A stretch of DNA of 64,000 nt from Stegostoma tigrinum (GCF_030684315.1 NC_081379.1:42468381-42532380), one strand, 5' to 3'; shown: positions 9,521 to 23,984, counted from the first letter of the stretch. The notes: generated from the letters alone by a model not told the origin. Numbers and translations are program-made.

Positions 9521-11919
9521 TTCATTAACATTATTTTTCCCTTGCTGCTACACTGTTGAAATGGTCCTTCAATTCATATATTTCCAGCAAAAGTGAATTG
9601 TAAAACTTCCGAGCTTCCAGGAATTGATATTGATACAAAGGGTAATCCTTTCACTAAATGACCTCGTTTGTAGGTGTCATGAGATAACATTCGCAAGATT
9701 TTGCTCATGACTATAGATGTTGCACTGATGGAATGGGAGGATATCGGTTGCGGGGACACCATCGCGGAATTGGAGTCACTGCAAATTGCGTTTATGACGA
9801 ATTTCCAAGTGTTGTAAATCGAATAATGACAAAAGATCCATTGTTTGAATTGAACAAATTGTTGTTTGAGGGATTCTCTAGTAAAACATCTTTAAGTTGT
9901 AGTTCTCGGTCTTGCGATTTCTCCTGTGCATTCGCATTAGAATTAAACAAAGCTGACTATTTGGAATTTATTAGGGCTAGCAGTAATATCACCGTGATCC
10001 GTTGGCTTTGTGAGAGGTTTATGCTTCGCTTGCAGTCCTGTAGCTTTCGCAACCATTTTTAGAACGTGGAGTACCCGGACAGAAGTTGTTCAGAGATAAA
10101 CAAAGCAGTCAGTCTTTCGTAAAGTTCAGAACAAGCAAACATCGAAGATATTTTTAGTGCTTCTATAAATGCATGTTGTTACATTGTAGTCGAAGTTATC
10201 GTGTGTAATGCATGATAACTTACTTTTCTAACATTGCTTCGTGAAACTTTTATCGTGTAATAAAATTACGCTCAGTCATTGTCTTTTTTGGCCATTTATG
10301 GTTGAAATCAAAATTGCTTTCCTTCGCACGTGTGTTGGCCCTCAGCCTTCCTTGCTATCCTGTTTTGACACCATCACATTGAAACGTGTTATTATCTCTC
10401 CACCCTAATTAATTTGTACAGTTTTGGATTATTTGTTGCTTCGGTTAGGCCCTCGATAAGTGACTCTTATACCTAGTATGTTATTCCAGCGGTTTGGTTT
10501 GTCTCCAGCACCACATTAGTTTTGTTTTGTAATTGTCTCTCTGCCTCAATTAATGGTATTATAGTCACTCCTCCACTTGTTATTCAGCTGTTGACACTCG
10601 CACCGCCTGACCCTCTTAATCACCAGCAGAGCCCTATTATTCGACCGGTGGACACCCCGCTCAGACCATTCGTATGATCTTTTGATCTCTCCGATTGTAA
10701 AGCTTGTGCCTAGGTTCTGTCTTCGCTTCACTTTACCAAGGGACAGCTATTTGAAAGCTTGTGATTTCAAATAAACCTGTTGGACTGTAATATGCCCTGT
10801 GGCTTTTAACCTTGTCCACAAAATACGGGATAACAAAGTGTGGAGCTGGATGAACACGTCAGGCCAAGCAGCATCTTAGGAGCACAAAAGTTGACGTTTC
10901 GGGCCTGACACTTCATCAGAAATAGGGGCTACGTTTTAGTGGGATGTGTCACTGTTTTGGCTTTATTCACTCACCCCCAACCCCATCCAAATTCTGTTGT
11001 GCTATTAATCTTTGCTGCACTCAGAACTCAGCATACAAATGAACTGACCAAATGAAAGAAAATAGTCTACCCATATTTCCACTCAGCTTGCATTCTAAAC
11101 AGGTCTGATCGCGGGCAAATTAGCTTTATGATGATGCGGCTGGCCACGCGGTGTTAAACAATGTGACAAAAGCAACCCACCGTCGATGTTGGAGATCCGA
11201 AACACAAACGGAAACTGCTGGAGAAACTTAACAGGTCTGGCGGCATCAGCGGAGGGAAAAAAAACAGTCAAAGTTTCGATTTCAAGACGCTCCTTCCTCA
11301 AAAGATTGTTCTTCTGAGTTCTGGAGAGTCTCATTGGGCTGGAGCCATTAACAGTGTTTCTGCATACAAATGCTGCCCAGACCTTCCGAGCTTCTCCAGC
11401 ATTTTCTGTTCTTATTTCTGCCAGCTCAGGTATTTACAAAGAATACACGTAAACCTCTCGCATCAGCAAATGTCTCGATGTCCATTTCAGCCATACTTTG
11501 CATTCAGCAACGTTGCTCTAACGATGTGATAAAAGTCATGACAATTAGCAGTTAGAACATACACTCTAGACCCTTCATATTATTCTGACAAGTTGTTTCT
11601 CTTATGTTGTGCTGCTACTTGAGAATTCACAAGTTTAGTTTTTATTTGTGTATCTCCAGCTCTATCTCTCTCCACTACTTCATTTCAAAAATTGTGGATC
11701 TCAAACTGCCTGAGTTCCCGGGCATGGAGAGTGCAGTTATCCGATTATCAAGGTGCTTATTGACTAGTTTGTCCTGCTTGGATTTTGTACAACTGGAATG
11801 TCGAAAAGGGACTCTTGTAGAACTGTTTATTCATTGCTAAAGAAATCCAAACCTGACCGCCAAGCTGTGAATGTCAAATCCAGAAGGAGCGGGGCCTCTA
11901 GGCAAGCTCCTTCACCAAA

Positions 11920-12850
11920 GATAATGGGAACTGCAGATGCTGGAGATTCCAACATAATAAAATGTGAGGCTGGATGAACACAGCAGGCCAAGCAGCATCT
12001 CAGGAGCACAAAAGCTGACGTTTCGGGCCTGGACCCTTCATCAGAGAGGGGGATGGGGTGAGGGTTCTGGAATAAATAGGGAGAGAGGGGGAGGCGGACC
12101 GAAGATAGAGAAAAAAGAAGATAGGTGGAGAGAGTATAGGTGGGGAGGTTGGGAGGGGATAGGTCAGTCCAGGGAAGACAGACAAGTCAAGGAGGTGGGA
12201 TGAGGTTAGTAGGTAGGAGATGGGGGTGCTGCTTGGGGTGGGAGGAAGGGATAGGTGAGAGGAAGAACAGGTTAGGGAGGCAGAGACAGGTTGGACTGGT
12301 TTTGGGATGCAGTGGGTGGAGGGGAAGAGCTGGACTGGTTGTGTGGTGCAGTGGGGGGAGGGGACGAACTGGGCTGGTTTAGGGATGCGGTGGGGGAAGG
12401 GGAGATTTTGAAGCTGGTGAAGTCCACATTGATACCATTAGGCTGCAGGGTTCCCAAGCGGAATATGAGTTGCTGTTCCGGCAACCTTCGGGTGGCATCA
12501 TTGTGGCACTTCAGGAGGCCCATGATGGATATGTCATCTAAAGAATGGGAGGGGGAGTGGAAATGGTTTGCGACTGGGAGGTGCAGTTGTTTGTTGCGAA
12601 CTGAGCGGAGGTGTTCTGCAAAGCAGTCCCCAAGCCTCCGCTTGGTTTCCCCACTGTAGAGGAAGCCACACCGGGTACAGTGGATGCAGTATACCACATT
12701 GGCAGAGGTGCAGGTGAACCTCTGCTTAATGTGGAAAGTCATCTTGGGGCCTGGGATAGGGGTGAGGGAGGAGGTGTGGGGGCAAGTGTAGCATTTCCTG
12801 TGGTTGCAGGGGAAGGTGCCGGGTGTGGTGGGGTTGGAGGGCAGTGTGGA
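11920..12850 (-). mobile_element. Penelope-like element, 5'-truncated (GIY-YIG endonuclease and 3' end)
   Basis: ORF 12272..12853 encodes FTCTSANVVYCIHCTRCGFLYSGETKRRLGDCFAEH...NHF..., the PLE GIY-YIG domain. Its 3' end is shared with other copies. Confidence 0.9.
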
Positions 12851-15800
12851 CATTAACTTTGGTTATGTCCCAGAACTGTGACATTATACTAACACCTCAT
12901 GTTAGGGACCTCTTAAGGCATCTGTCAAAAAATGACACCTGAGTAAAGGCAGAAAGTACTGGAGAAATTCACGATTCTCCTTCACCAAACCTGCTCTCAG
13001 CCTTCGCCTCTCTGAGGGGAATAAACCCGCCTTCTCCAATCTATCCCGGAACTGAAGTCTCCTATCGCTACACCAATTCTCAAAACTCTTTTCTCAATCA
13101 GGTCCAGCGATTCCACAACCACGCTACAACGTGTGACTCAGAACTGAGCGCAATAAACAGTTCAGGTCAGACCGGTGTTTTGTGAAGTTACACTATTAAC
13201 TCCTCGGTTTTATACTTTCGGACTATTTGTAAATAAACTGTATCGAGTTCTCAGCCTGCTCTACCGCCTTCAACTACTTGAGCACGTCTGGCCCCAGGAC
13301 CCTATCATTCTGTAGAAATATATTTTACACGCTTTTTTCAATACTTTCACGCCTCGTTTTCCAACCAAAATCTACAACTGCATTACTTTCTGAATTAAAT
13401 TGGATCTGCCACGTGCCAGCTCCTTCCATCAAGTTGTCGCTGTTCACAATACTTATAAAATTTGCATCGTCGACATGAACATAAATCTCCTTCACCCAAG
13501 ACTAGGATATCGATGTGTTTTTTCTTAAAATGAAATCGTTATTTCGATCACATCTTGTCCTCAAGTAGCGTGGCTTGCTCTGGCCATTTCAGAGCCAGTC
13601 CTGTTGCTATGGCACTGGAGTCACATGCAGTCCAGATTGGATATACACAGGGAATCTTATTCCCAAACAGTTCTCACAACACTTTCATAGTTTCTTGAGC
13701 ATTGCTTACAATGTCAGTTTCACACTGAAAATCTAAACTCCATATCGCTAAAATGAGATTTGAACCCATAATCCCACAGCATTTCGCTCTGAAGAAGCAT
13801 CAATGGGTCTTAAATATTGCTCGCGTTTTCTCACCACAGATGCTGCCAGACCTGCTGAGTTTCTCAGCAATTTTTGTTTCTAGATGATTGCATTAGTGAG
13901 GGCCTCTGAATTGCTCAGCAAGTGACGTTACCTTGCTAACCGTCTCCACCAAACAAAAATCAATAAATATCCATTATACTAACCTTTATTTCTAATTATT
14001 TCCTGATATACACATTTGCATCTTTTTTCTCCATTTTCTCATTTATCTCTCCTTCCACAACATATTCCCTGTCTTTGATTTCCAGAGAAGATATCCAAGC
14101 AGTCTTAATTTTTTTTCTACTTCAACCTATTCTTCGAAATTAAGCATAACCACTTTCTCTTCTAACTCAAATCCATCTTCATGTTGCAGTTCAACTGTCC
14201 CACCATCACAGCCTCCAACTAGCTTTTGATTAATCCCAGAGATGTGATTCCCATTAGTCAAAGCTTTGTTTCTTGCCCCTTGCCAGGAAAATAAGTTTCT
14301 TGAAGTCTTATAGACATTCGTTTTCCCTTTGATGAATAATTATGGTTTAACTAAAGTGCAGCTATTTTTGATTTCTTCGTACTAGCTTCTTGCATGAATA
14401 TATTTACTGTGCATTACTGGGAAAAAAAATACGCACTGGTAGAGAAGCTGCCAGAGAAAATGCACCAGATAATGATGATTGGCAGTTAACGGTCAGAGCA
14501 TTTTTAAATGTTATATGAAGTGGTTGGTTCTGCTTGTTTAAGGAATCACCCTGAAAAATCAACTGGTGAGTCACAATCAACTGTTCTGTTCAGATGAAAC
14601 AGGAGCAGTGCATGTAAATGTTCCCTGAGCCTGCAAGCAACAGGGGACTGTTTATTAAGATATGTAAACTCTGGTACAAGTAAGTACCAGGCCCGGTCAA
14701 TAATTCAAAATTAGTTGCTCTGAAATTCTTCACACACTTGGGATTATTCAGCAAATATTGTCCAGTTGCATCATCACATCTAACATTAGACTTGCAATGT
14801 GGGATTTGTCAGCATGGATTTATTGGATATTTTCAATACCTTACTTGTTGCAAATAGTTGAGAGGCTCTGTCATTTTATACTGTCCACCATTCATTGGTA
14901 TGACCAATATACCTGGCATCATGTGTGCTTGCAAATTGCCATGATAAATGCAAGATGTAAAGCTTTTATAAAGTCTTGTTTCAAAACTCCTCAAGTTCTG
15001 ATTTATCACATGATTTATAATTTCCATCATCACTTTAGCATTGAAGAGTTTGAGTTTTAACTTAGGAACAGTTTGGTTTTCAGAAAAATGAAATGATATT
15101 TTAACCTTCTATACACTATATCTGGAGATTTGCTCACGAGTTACTGATGGAAGTTATGAAGGGGCTTGGCAAGGTAAAAGTTGAGATGATATTTACATTC
15201 ACAGGACAGTTTTCAATTGGGTTCTAGTCTTGGAAGAAATGAGCACTAATTTAAAACTGAAATGAGAAATTTCATATCTCAGAAGTTTGTAAGTCTTTTG
15301 AACTCCTCGCTACAGAGAACTGGGGTAGTAGAGTTCATCTGTATAGTTAAAGCTGAGATAGATAAATTCTTGATCAGTAGGGGAATCGAGTGTTATCAAA
15401 AAATGTAGATGATGGAGCAACCTTGAGGGGCTGAATGGTCTCCACCTATTTCTTCTGAGCTGATCCTCATTTTGAACAGTTTTAATTCTTTCATTCATCA
15501 GTACTCCAGAATCACTTTCTTGTCCTAATTCAATTGACTTTGAATGATTCCAGAACTATCATAGCTGTATCTTGCTGTTTTTTCCAACTATTAAGCACAT
15601 TTCTTTTCTGAAGGAAATTGCCTTGATTTCAGTCCTGGATTTCCCATGCGTCATTTTCAGTCTGCATCTTTATTTCTTCTTCACGTTTCAACTAAAGACA
15701 TTTCTTCTGCCTTTTTGTAGAAGTTGACAGCATCATTGGTTCTTTGCTAGAATGTTTGCTGAGCTGATCCCGAGACAATTTCCTTCCACATCAATGATAT

Positions 15801-16149
15801 CTCCTTTTTAATCCAATATTAGTTCCATTTTCACTGCATGATGCAATAATTTCTCCTTGAAATATAGTGGTGACGAAGCAGTCCATATTCCAATTATTAT
15901 CTGTATAAATTAATGAATCCTAAACTCTATCTTTGTCTCCTTAGTGACAAATTGAAAAGGAAACCTCTTGTTACTGCCACCTGAATGAGAGAGATAGTTT
16001 CTCTCAATTTATGCTATCAGAATATAAATCAAACTTTAGTAAAGCTCCATGTTGCTGCAGTACTTAGGCTGCATACGTCCACAGTATTAAGAATGATCTG
16101 GCTTCAAACAAGAAAGTAAAACCAAGATTTCTGTAGATTTCTATCATTG

Positions 16150-17560
16150 GGGATAGCATCAGGAGTAGGCTGTTCTATCCCTGAGTGTGTTCTGCCAGTC
16201 AATCAGATCATGGCTGATTTGACAATCATCACGTCCATGTTCCTGCATTTCCCCAGAACTCTTGATTCACCTGCTCATCAAGAAGCTATCTATCTCAATC
16301 TTATAGACAAGGACTTTCTCCTACAGCATTCCATGGGAAGCAGTTCCAAAGACTCACAACCCTCTGAGAGAAGAAATTCCTCATCATGTTATCTTAAATT
16401 GACTCCCCTCTTTCCTGAGATTATGTCCTCTGGCCCTAGTTTCTTCCCTAAAGGCAAGTGTCTGCGCAGCTTGTACCTTTTCAAAGAACAAATAAAGAAC
16501 AAAAGGTCCTCAAGAATCTTTTCAGGGATTTGCTCATAAGACAACCCCTCCATACTGGTGAATCTTCCTTGTTAGAAGAACAGAAATTGCTGATAACAAC
16601 TTTGGAGAGAAGGCAGAATTAACATTTTAGGTCCAGTGACTTTCCTTATGCTGGTAAATCTTGTCTAAACTGTCTCCAATGAAATGGTATATTTCCATAT
16701 ATAAGGGAACCAAAACTGTTCATAGTACTCCAGGTGTGATTTCACCATCATCTTGCACATTTGCAGTAACATTCTCTGATTCTTCTCTTCCAAACCCCCT
16801 GACGTCCTGAATACTTGCTGCATGCGTGTGCAAGTCTTTTCTGATATGTGCATAAGTACCCCAATCCCTTGTGTTGCAGTTTACTGCAGTTCTCTATTTA
16901 AGTAATTCTTTGTAGTTTTGTTTTCCTTTCAAAATGAATAACTTCACATTTCCCCACATTATACTGTATTTGCTAGCTTTTATTGATTCATAGGATGAAG
17001 GTATTGCTGGCCAGGCAGCATGCATTGACTATCCCTAATTGCCCAAAAGGCAGTTGAGAGCCAATCACATTGCTGGGGGTCTGGACTCATATCTAGGCCA
17101 GGCCAAATAAGGACTGCAGTGAGCTATATGGATTTTTCCTGACAATCAACAAAGGATTTGTGGTCATCATTAGACTCTTAAATGGAGATTTGAAAAATAA
17201 ATTGAATTCAAATTCCACTGTCCACCATGGCAGCATTAGAACCTGGGTCTCCAGAACATTATCTGAGTCTCTGGATTAACAGTGAAGTAACAGTACCACG
17301 AGATCATTACATTCCCATTTCTTACTCAATTGCTTAACTTGTCACTATTTCTCTATGAACTGTTTGTAGCCTTCTGGAAACTTGCCTTTCCAGCTATTTT
17401 TGTGTTGTCTGCCAATGTAGCTATTGTATATTTGCTTCCTTCCTCCAAGTCATAAAGATGAATTGTAATAGCTGTGGTCTTAGCACTGAGCCCTGAGGAA
17501 AGCCACTCGTTACAGGTTGCCGACCTGAAATAGAATCCTTTATCTCACTTGGTTTCCTGC
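16150..17560 (-). mobile_element. Old CR1 LINE fragments with a nested SINE (~16990-17310)
   Basis: Peptide LLQMCKMMVKSHLEYYEQFWFPY resembles the CR1 ORF2 motif (LVRPHLEYCVQFWSP). The typical 3' end is near 16150. Confidence 0.65.
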
Positions 17561-19669
17561 AGTGATGGACCAGACCAAATCCCCTCAAAATATATTGACA
17601 AAAAAATCCAGACCTTAAATTTTTCTTATTTTAAATGCAACTGCCAAGCTTGGTGTTTGGATGCTATTTGGTTAGTCAAACTACCAGTTATGAAGAAAAC
17701 AACACTAATTCAAACACTATAACTGAAATACAGGGCAAAATAAAAATAAAATAATTGGCTTAACCATAACTCTATGAAAATGCTGAACAAATTAAAATGT
17801 ATATATATGTTAACTACCAGTAATTAAACGCTCCAATATAGTAATATCCCATAAACACACACATACCAAAGGCAAATTAGGTAAAATAGAGTGTCTCATA
17901 TGCAATTTTCCAGTCCAGCAGGAAAATCATGAATGAAAAGCTCTGAGAGACAGAGAGAGAAAAAGACAGACAGAGAGAGAGGGAGAGAGAGAGCAGCAGG
18001 GAGCGATGTAGTGCCACTTTCAAACCCAGCTTCAAGATCCCAGCAACTACTACTGAAGGCTAAAGCTTAAAGAAAAAAACATGGCTCTCTGGGAGCTTGA
18101 GGCACCATTTCAGGCTGCTTCTGTTGCAACTTAGAAAAAAATACCCAAGGCTTCACAAAGTTCAGTAAAAGGAGATGTGGCATACGTGAAAGGCAAGTAA
18201 CAGGATTTACACCTAGAGGCATGTAGCATAGCTGAGGCATTCACGTTTATTTACAAAAGCGGAAGATAATGGTTAAAGAGAAGAACATTTAGACCCTTAA
18301 AAGAGTTCAGAATCAATAAATAGGAGGAATTCGACAGGCAGAATGTTGTAAAGGTTGATTTTGCACTCGACCAGTAATGATACATCCAAGGATACTGAGG
18401 GAAATGGGAGGGGAAATTGTTAAAGTTCTTGTCATATCAGTCTCCCTTGGCAGCCAATGACTGAAGAATCAGAATTGGTCAAAAGGTTTTGTAAAAATAA
18501 GTCGAACATAGGCAATTCTTCACCCGCCTCTAGGTCTTGTGTTGTGTGGGTTACTCCCTGCACAGCAACTCTCATTTTCAACAATCTGCTTTTCTTGTAG
18601 CACCATTCTGAGCACTTAATGTGCTCTCAACTTATCTTTAGCTACATACTTGTTTGCCTGAACCCCTTATTCTGAGTGCGTGCACTCCATCCCCATGTAC
18701 TCAATTGTCAACCACACCAACCCCATCATTAGCATAAATGCTACGCTTTCTCCTTTACCTGTTCTCATGCATGAATCACAAAAGATTAGAGTGCATTCAC
18801 AGCGCATCATCAAGATAGATGATGAGATGCTATCCTTTTTTATGAGATGAGCTGGATACACAACTAAATGTAGAAGGTGCTGGATGACTGTAATGTGACT
18901 GGCAGCATCTGTTGACAAAAAACAGTGTTAATATTTAAGGTTAGAAGAAACCTTCGGCTGATGAAAGGTCAGTGGACTTGAAATGTTAACTCTGTTTTCT
19001 CACCACAGTTGCTGCTGGACCTGCAGTATTTCTCCAGCACTTTCTGTTCCCGTTTAAGATTTCCAGCATCCTCAGCTCCCTGTGTTTGTTTTTTTGCCTG
19101 GCCCTGGTTTCTCTTTGAGACTGCGGTGGTGAACTGCATTCTTTTTAACAGCTGGCTTCCATGTGACATTGTGATAGACCCTCGATGAAGTTTCATCATT
19201 TTTGATCCAGACATGTTGGAGAAGCAGCAGTATATTTATCAGTCAGGATGGTGAGTGACTTGGGAAAGAAGCTGCAGGTGGCGCTGTTCCCACGTATCTG
19301 TTGTCCTTGTTTTTGTTATTTTGGTGGAAGTGCTCATGGGCTTGGAAAGTGCTGTCTAAGCAGCCATGGTGAATTTCTGCAGTGCATCTAGCAGATGCCA
19401 CACAGTGCTGCAACTGAGCATAGGTGGTAGAGGGAGAGGGTGTAGTGTCAATCATGTAGACATCCTTTGTCCTGCAAGGTGTCAAGTACATCATTGGAGC
19501 TGCACTCTTCCAGGCTAGTGGGGAGTATTCCATCACACTCCTACCTGATTCTTGTGGACAAGCTTTGGGGAGTCAGGGAGTGAGTTACTCACTTAGTACT
19601 CTTAGCTTCTAATCTGCTCTTGGACCCATAAGTTTATGCTATTATTTCAGTCTTGATCAATCTTCTTCA

Positions 19670-20580
19670 TATTTCAAAAATATACATTATTCATATTAAA
19701 ATATTTATATACACATATTGTCACTCCAGCCTTTTGACACTGTACAGTCTTTGTAATTGGGAACAAATAGATCTTGGATTGTGACATTTCCTGGGCCTCG
19801 GAATGTGCCAATCTGCACTACGCTATCGAGATCAACTTGTTGGAAAACCAAAACGTTTTGGTCAGGCAAAAGAGCATCGTTCACTGAATTGATGGTTTTC
19901 CAGGTTGTCAATCAATGGTTGTCTCGATATGCTTCCTGAAGATAGCCCATAAAGCACAGAGTCCTTCATGACAGAGCTGTTCAGGATGAACCTCAATAAA
20001 AATCATTGCATCTCTCTCAATATCTTCTTTGCACGTAAATATTCTAGTGGGAGACGCAGGACAGTCTGTACCCACACCTTCCACGCAGCAGCTTCATAGG
20101 CAGCGAGCAGTGTCACAGAGAGAACGGGTATACTTGAGAGATCGAACAAGTAGTGCCCTTCTCAATGCCAGCCAAGTGATGTCTTGGTGCTGACTGGAAA
20201 GTTCTGGTGATGACGCCAAATAACTTTAACAGCCTGCTCAGGAAATCACCCAAAATGATCCACTGCCTCCTTTTCCAAGATGGTCTCAAGGCCGTCACGT
20301 GCTGACCGCTTCCTGACGGATTTGTGGTCAAGGGTGCTTTTCTTTGCAAATTTCTCCAGGAAGGTCGGGTGAAACCGAATCGTGCAAATACTTGGAGCGT
20401 TCCACAGTGAAGAGGCCTTGCCCATCCTTCGTAACACCAGGGACAGGTAGAACCTTAGTATATTGCGACACCTAGTGTTTGCCTACCGAGGGTTTATGTA
20501 CTGGGTGATACAACCACAAACAAACGTGGCCATTAGGATGAAGGGGAGCATCGGGTACATTCTTTACCCCCTTTTCTAGA
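19670..20580 (-). mobile_element. Tx1-like LINE 3' fragment
   Basis: Minus-strand peptide WKTINSVNDALLPDQNVLVFQ resembles the Tx1/L1 ORF2 C-terminus. An A/T-rich tail lies near 19670-19710. Confidence 0.5.
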
Positions 20581-20699
20581 GAGACGTGCATTGAAACCTA
20601 GAAGATGCACAGTTTTTCTAAAATTTACTGAAATGCAAACATCTGATGGGCAGTTTGAAAGCAACAACCGGAAACTGAATTCGAATAGTTATGCTCTAA

Positions 20700-23600
20700 G
20701 GCAGCCACAGCGTTCTTGCGGAGCAGTGATGGTATCCCCAGGTCTCAGTCAGGAGGCCTGGATTCGAGTTCCACATGGTCCAAAGGTGCGTAATATCACA
20801 TCTGGACGTGCAGATGACAATTTATCGAAGGAGCCTCCTTCACTCTGTGTCTTACCTCACTGCACCACCAGAGGGCAATGTTGCACTACATACGCCTGTT
20901 CCACAGCGAATTGCTCCCCCTCAACAGAAATTTCGAGTCGGAATAGTTCGACCTTTAAACAAAGCACATTCCAATCAAAATATTAACATCTAAAGACATT
21001 TGCCTTCAAATTAACCGTAGTTATTCACACAGGACCTTAGATGTTTCATTCTTTTTAAATGCACGTTCCCCTGTTGCTTATAACAAAGTGTGGAGCTGGA
21101 TGAACACAGCAGGCCAAACAACATCTTAGGAGCGCGGAAGTCTTGGACCAGATACCGCCGCCTGTGTTACTCCCGTGTTCCCGTTCTCCCGTGCTCCTGT
21201 TCTCTCCCACGTTTGCTCACTCCATGTTTCGCTCTCTCCGGGTTCCTGCCAAGAAGGAACAGTGAATAGCTGGCAGTCCCATCTCACTGATATCAGTTGT
21301 TGCATATTTGTCTTTAAGAGCCTGACTAAAACAATCTTCGCACGCAGTAGTCTGACCATCAGAAAACTCGACAAACCACATTTAAGATAATCTGCGAAAA
21401 GTACAGATGTGGGAGGAAGCAAAATAAGGAGAGAGCTCTTTTTAAATTATCACACATATACTGCATACAGATGGTGAAGGAGCATTCAATAATAACTCAG
21501 AAAAGGCAATAGCCGCATTATCTTGTTTAGATTTAGATCTCTGCTACTGTTTTCTTTCTTTAGTTGGAACAGCTGATAAAACTAATTATTGTTAAATGAG
21601 CTGCACATATTTGCAGTCCACAGAACTCTCTGCAGACATGCCTGTTCAGGTCATCATAGATGGAATCTTTTGTTCTTTCTCTTTTCCACGTCTTTCAGTT
21701 GGTCTATGGAAATGTTACTTCTATCAGTTGTTCGTAGGCATGTGTATTCGGATGAATGAAGTATTGTGGGTCACAGAAATAGTATGATTTAGAAACAGTC
21801 ATTTCACATTCCACTGAGCCCATTCTGGACTCTATGGAAGAATGCAGATGGTCACATTCCCCCATCCTATCACCCTTTCTCCTGCAAATTTCTGTCTCGT
21901 TGGTGCGTAGCTAAATTCCTTTGAAGGAATTGACTGTCCCCACTCCCACGCCTCCAGTGGCGTGATGACTTGCCGATAAAACAACTCTTTTAATCGCAGC
22001 AGAGGTACCTAAAGTTGTATCCTCTACTGTTGGAGCCGTTAATTCATGGCAACAGTCTTCATTTGTTTACTTATGACAAATTATCAAATCTACCAAGTGA
22101 TTGGGCTTCTCAGCAGAAGCTTGTAAAGCGTGAGGCAGCGACATGAAACTCTGACAGTTCGGTCTCAAAGCATCCTGTTCAACCCGGTGATATTTCGCGG
22201 TTACTATCATGGGAATGTTTGTCAAAATAGAGAAATAGGAACGAGCTTACATTAGTATGGCGCCGACTACGACCTCGGGACATCTGGGCGCACTTCACAG
22301 TTGGTTCAGTGCGCCCTTTTTGTAAGGAAAGCCACCATAGCGACGGAGGTTCCAGATTCTCCCTGAGCAAGGCTCCACAAATACGGATGACCACTTAAGC
22401 TATCTCAAGCAATTTTGGGTGCGAGATGAATATTTGGTTTCCACTACAGGAATTTGAGCCCCCCCTCCCCCCCATTATGATACGACTGCACAATAGAGAT
22501 GTAGCTGGTTACAGGTGGACGCGTTTCTGTATCGCCGCAAGGTGTGATATTGCGATCCAAATCACGCTCCCAAATAATGTATTTTGAATATGGTAGGACA
22601 AGTGTTCTGACGGTTTACATGATAAATTACAGTGAAGCAGGACTGAGAGCACTGAGAGAAATTTCGTGGAGGCAGCTCGCTGATGCAGGGGTGATGAATT
22701 CCGGGCATAATAATAGCCATTTTCCAATAAGCTGCTCTCTCTAGTAATTGCTTCATCATATTTCCGCAAGAGAATGTATATCAGGTTCTAGCTGCAAGAT
22801 GTAGATTGAATTAACTAACTAAATGCGTGTACATTAACGAAATAAAGATCGTACACAGAGAAGATTGCTAAAAAAAATCTAGATGTATGTTGTCCTAGTT
22901 ACAGTGGACATAGTATTAGGGCTTCTCAACATGAGCCAGGAGACGCGTTAAGTTCCATCACACCCGTGTAATTTGAGTTCTTATGTTTTCTTCGTTAAGA
23001 TTTGCACTTTCTAGTGACTTGAATAATCCAAGAGCATCCGAAATACTTGGAATGTCGTAAATTCAGAAACAAAATCAGAAATTGCTGGTCGGGCAGCGTG
23101 TGTGGAGAGAAATCCGATTTAACGTTTCACCTCCAAGGGACCCTTCCTCAGAACTTTGACGGACTCTAAACGTTAACTCTGATTTATCTCCACAGATGCT
23201 GCCAGGCTTGCTGAGTACCCCCCCCCCCCCCCCCCCCACCACCACCAGCAACCATCTGTTCTGGTTCCTGATTTCCAGAATGCACAGTTCTCCTTATGCC
23301 GTGAATTCAAGTTCGGTCTACCTTCTCTCTAAACACAGCCTACTGCTTGCACCGGGTGCTAACGTAAATGATCCATACCAGGAACACTCAGGCACTGGTG
23401 ATCAAAACCAAGTTAACGTCTTAGGCCGACGCCCTTTCATCATTATTTTGGAATGATCGACAGCCTAAAAGTGTTCACGGCTTCTAGACCCTTCAATCGT
23501 CTTCAGTGACGAATGACGTGGGAACAATACTGCAGAGACAACAGCAAAAAAAGTTGTTAGATCTTATTATGAAATTTCCAGTGTCAGTTTCACCAAAGAC

Positions 23601-23980
23601 TCGGCTGTAAAGTTATCCAACACAGCTTGAGTTTCTGTATACTGTAATTTACAAATTCCACTTCTCTGCGGCGCCAGAAGTGTGGCACCAATCACATTAA
23701 TTCTCACCCATTCCCAGATTTTCCACTCGATTACTGTCGGCTCAATCCCGCCAATCGACCAGCGTCTCAATGGTGCCAGCAAGAAGCTATCTGTATTCCA
23801 CTTCCTTTTTCTTTGGCAACGTGCACCGTGCGTGCCAAGACATGCAATTGAGTGTTTGCACATGTGAAATAGTGAAACTTAAAGGATTCTCGAGAAAAAA
23901 AAATCACGCGTGGATCGACTTGATGTCCGCTCAAATGGCTTGCTAGGTGCAGTATGTCAAATATGCAGCAGAAAGACAGA
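20700..23980 (+). pseudogene. Exon-less relic of a duplicated gene-B-type lambda cluster
   Basis: Four colinear, same-strand homology blocks: 20700-21560 ~ 28180-29250; 21595-21775 ~ 30345-30525; 22080-22860 ~ 39625-40350 (gene B J-C intron); 22885-23980 ~ 53210-54030. Confidence 0.7.
20863..20878 (+). promoter_or_regulatory. CTCF-like motif
   Basis: CACCACCAGAGGGCAA matches the CTCF core CCACCAGRKGGC. Confidence 0.55.
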
Positions 23981-23984
23981 TCGT

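Noticed and set aside
13460-14021. Isolated perfect octamers (13460, ~14014, 31997, 54586)
   Set aside because: Several are expected by chance in AT-rich 64 kb, one lies in a LINE fragment, and none has a leader or V exon nearby.
17562-18157. Possible additional solo LTR containing a GA microsatellite
   Set aside because: Single copy in the window with no clear TSD or intact termini, so it cannot be supported.
21775-22900. Residual V or C pseudo-exons within the ghost cluster
   Set aside because: No WYxQ, YYC, FGxG or C1-set motifs were found in any frame.
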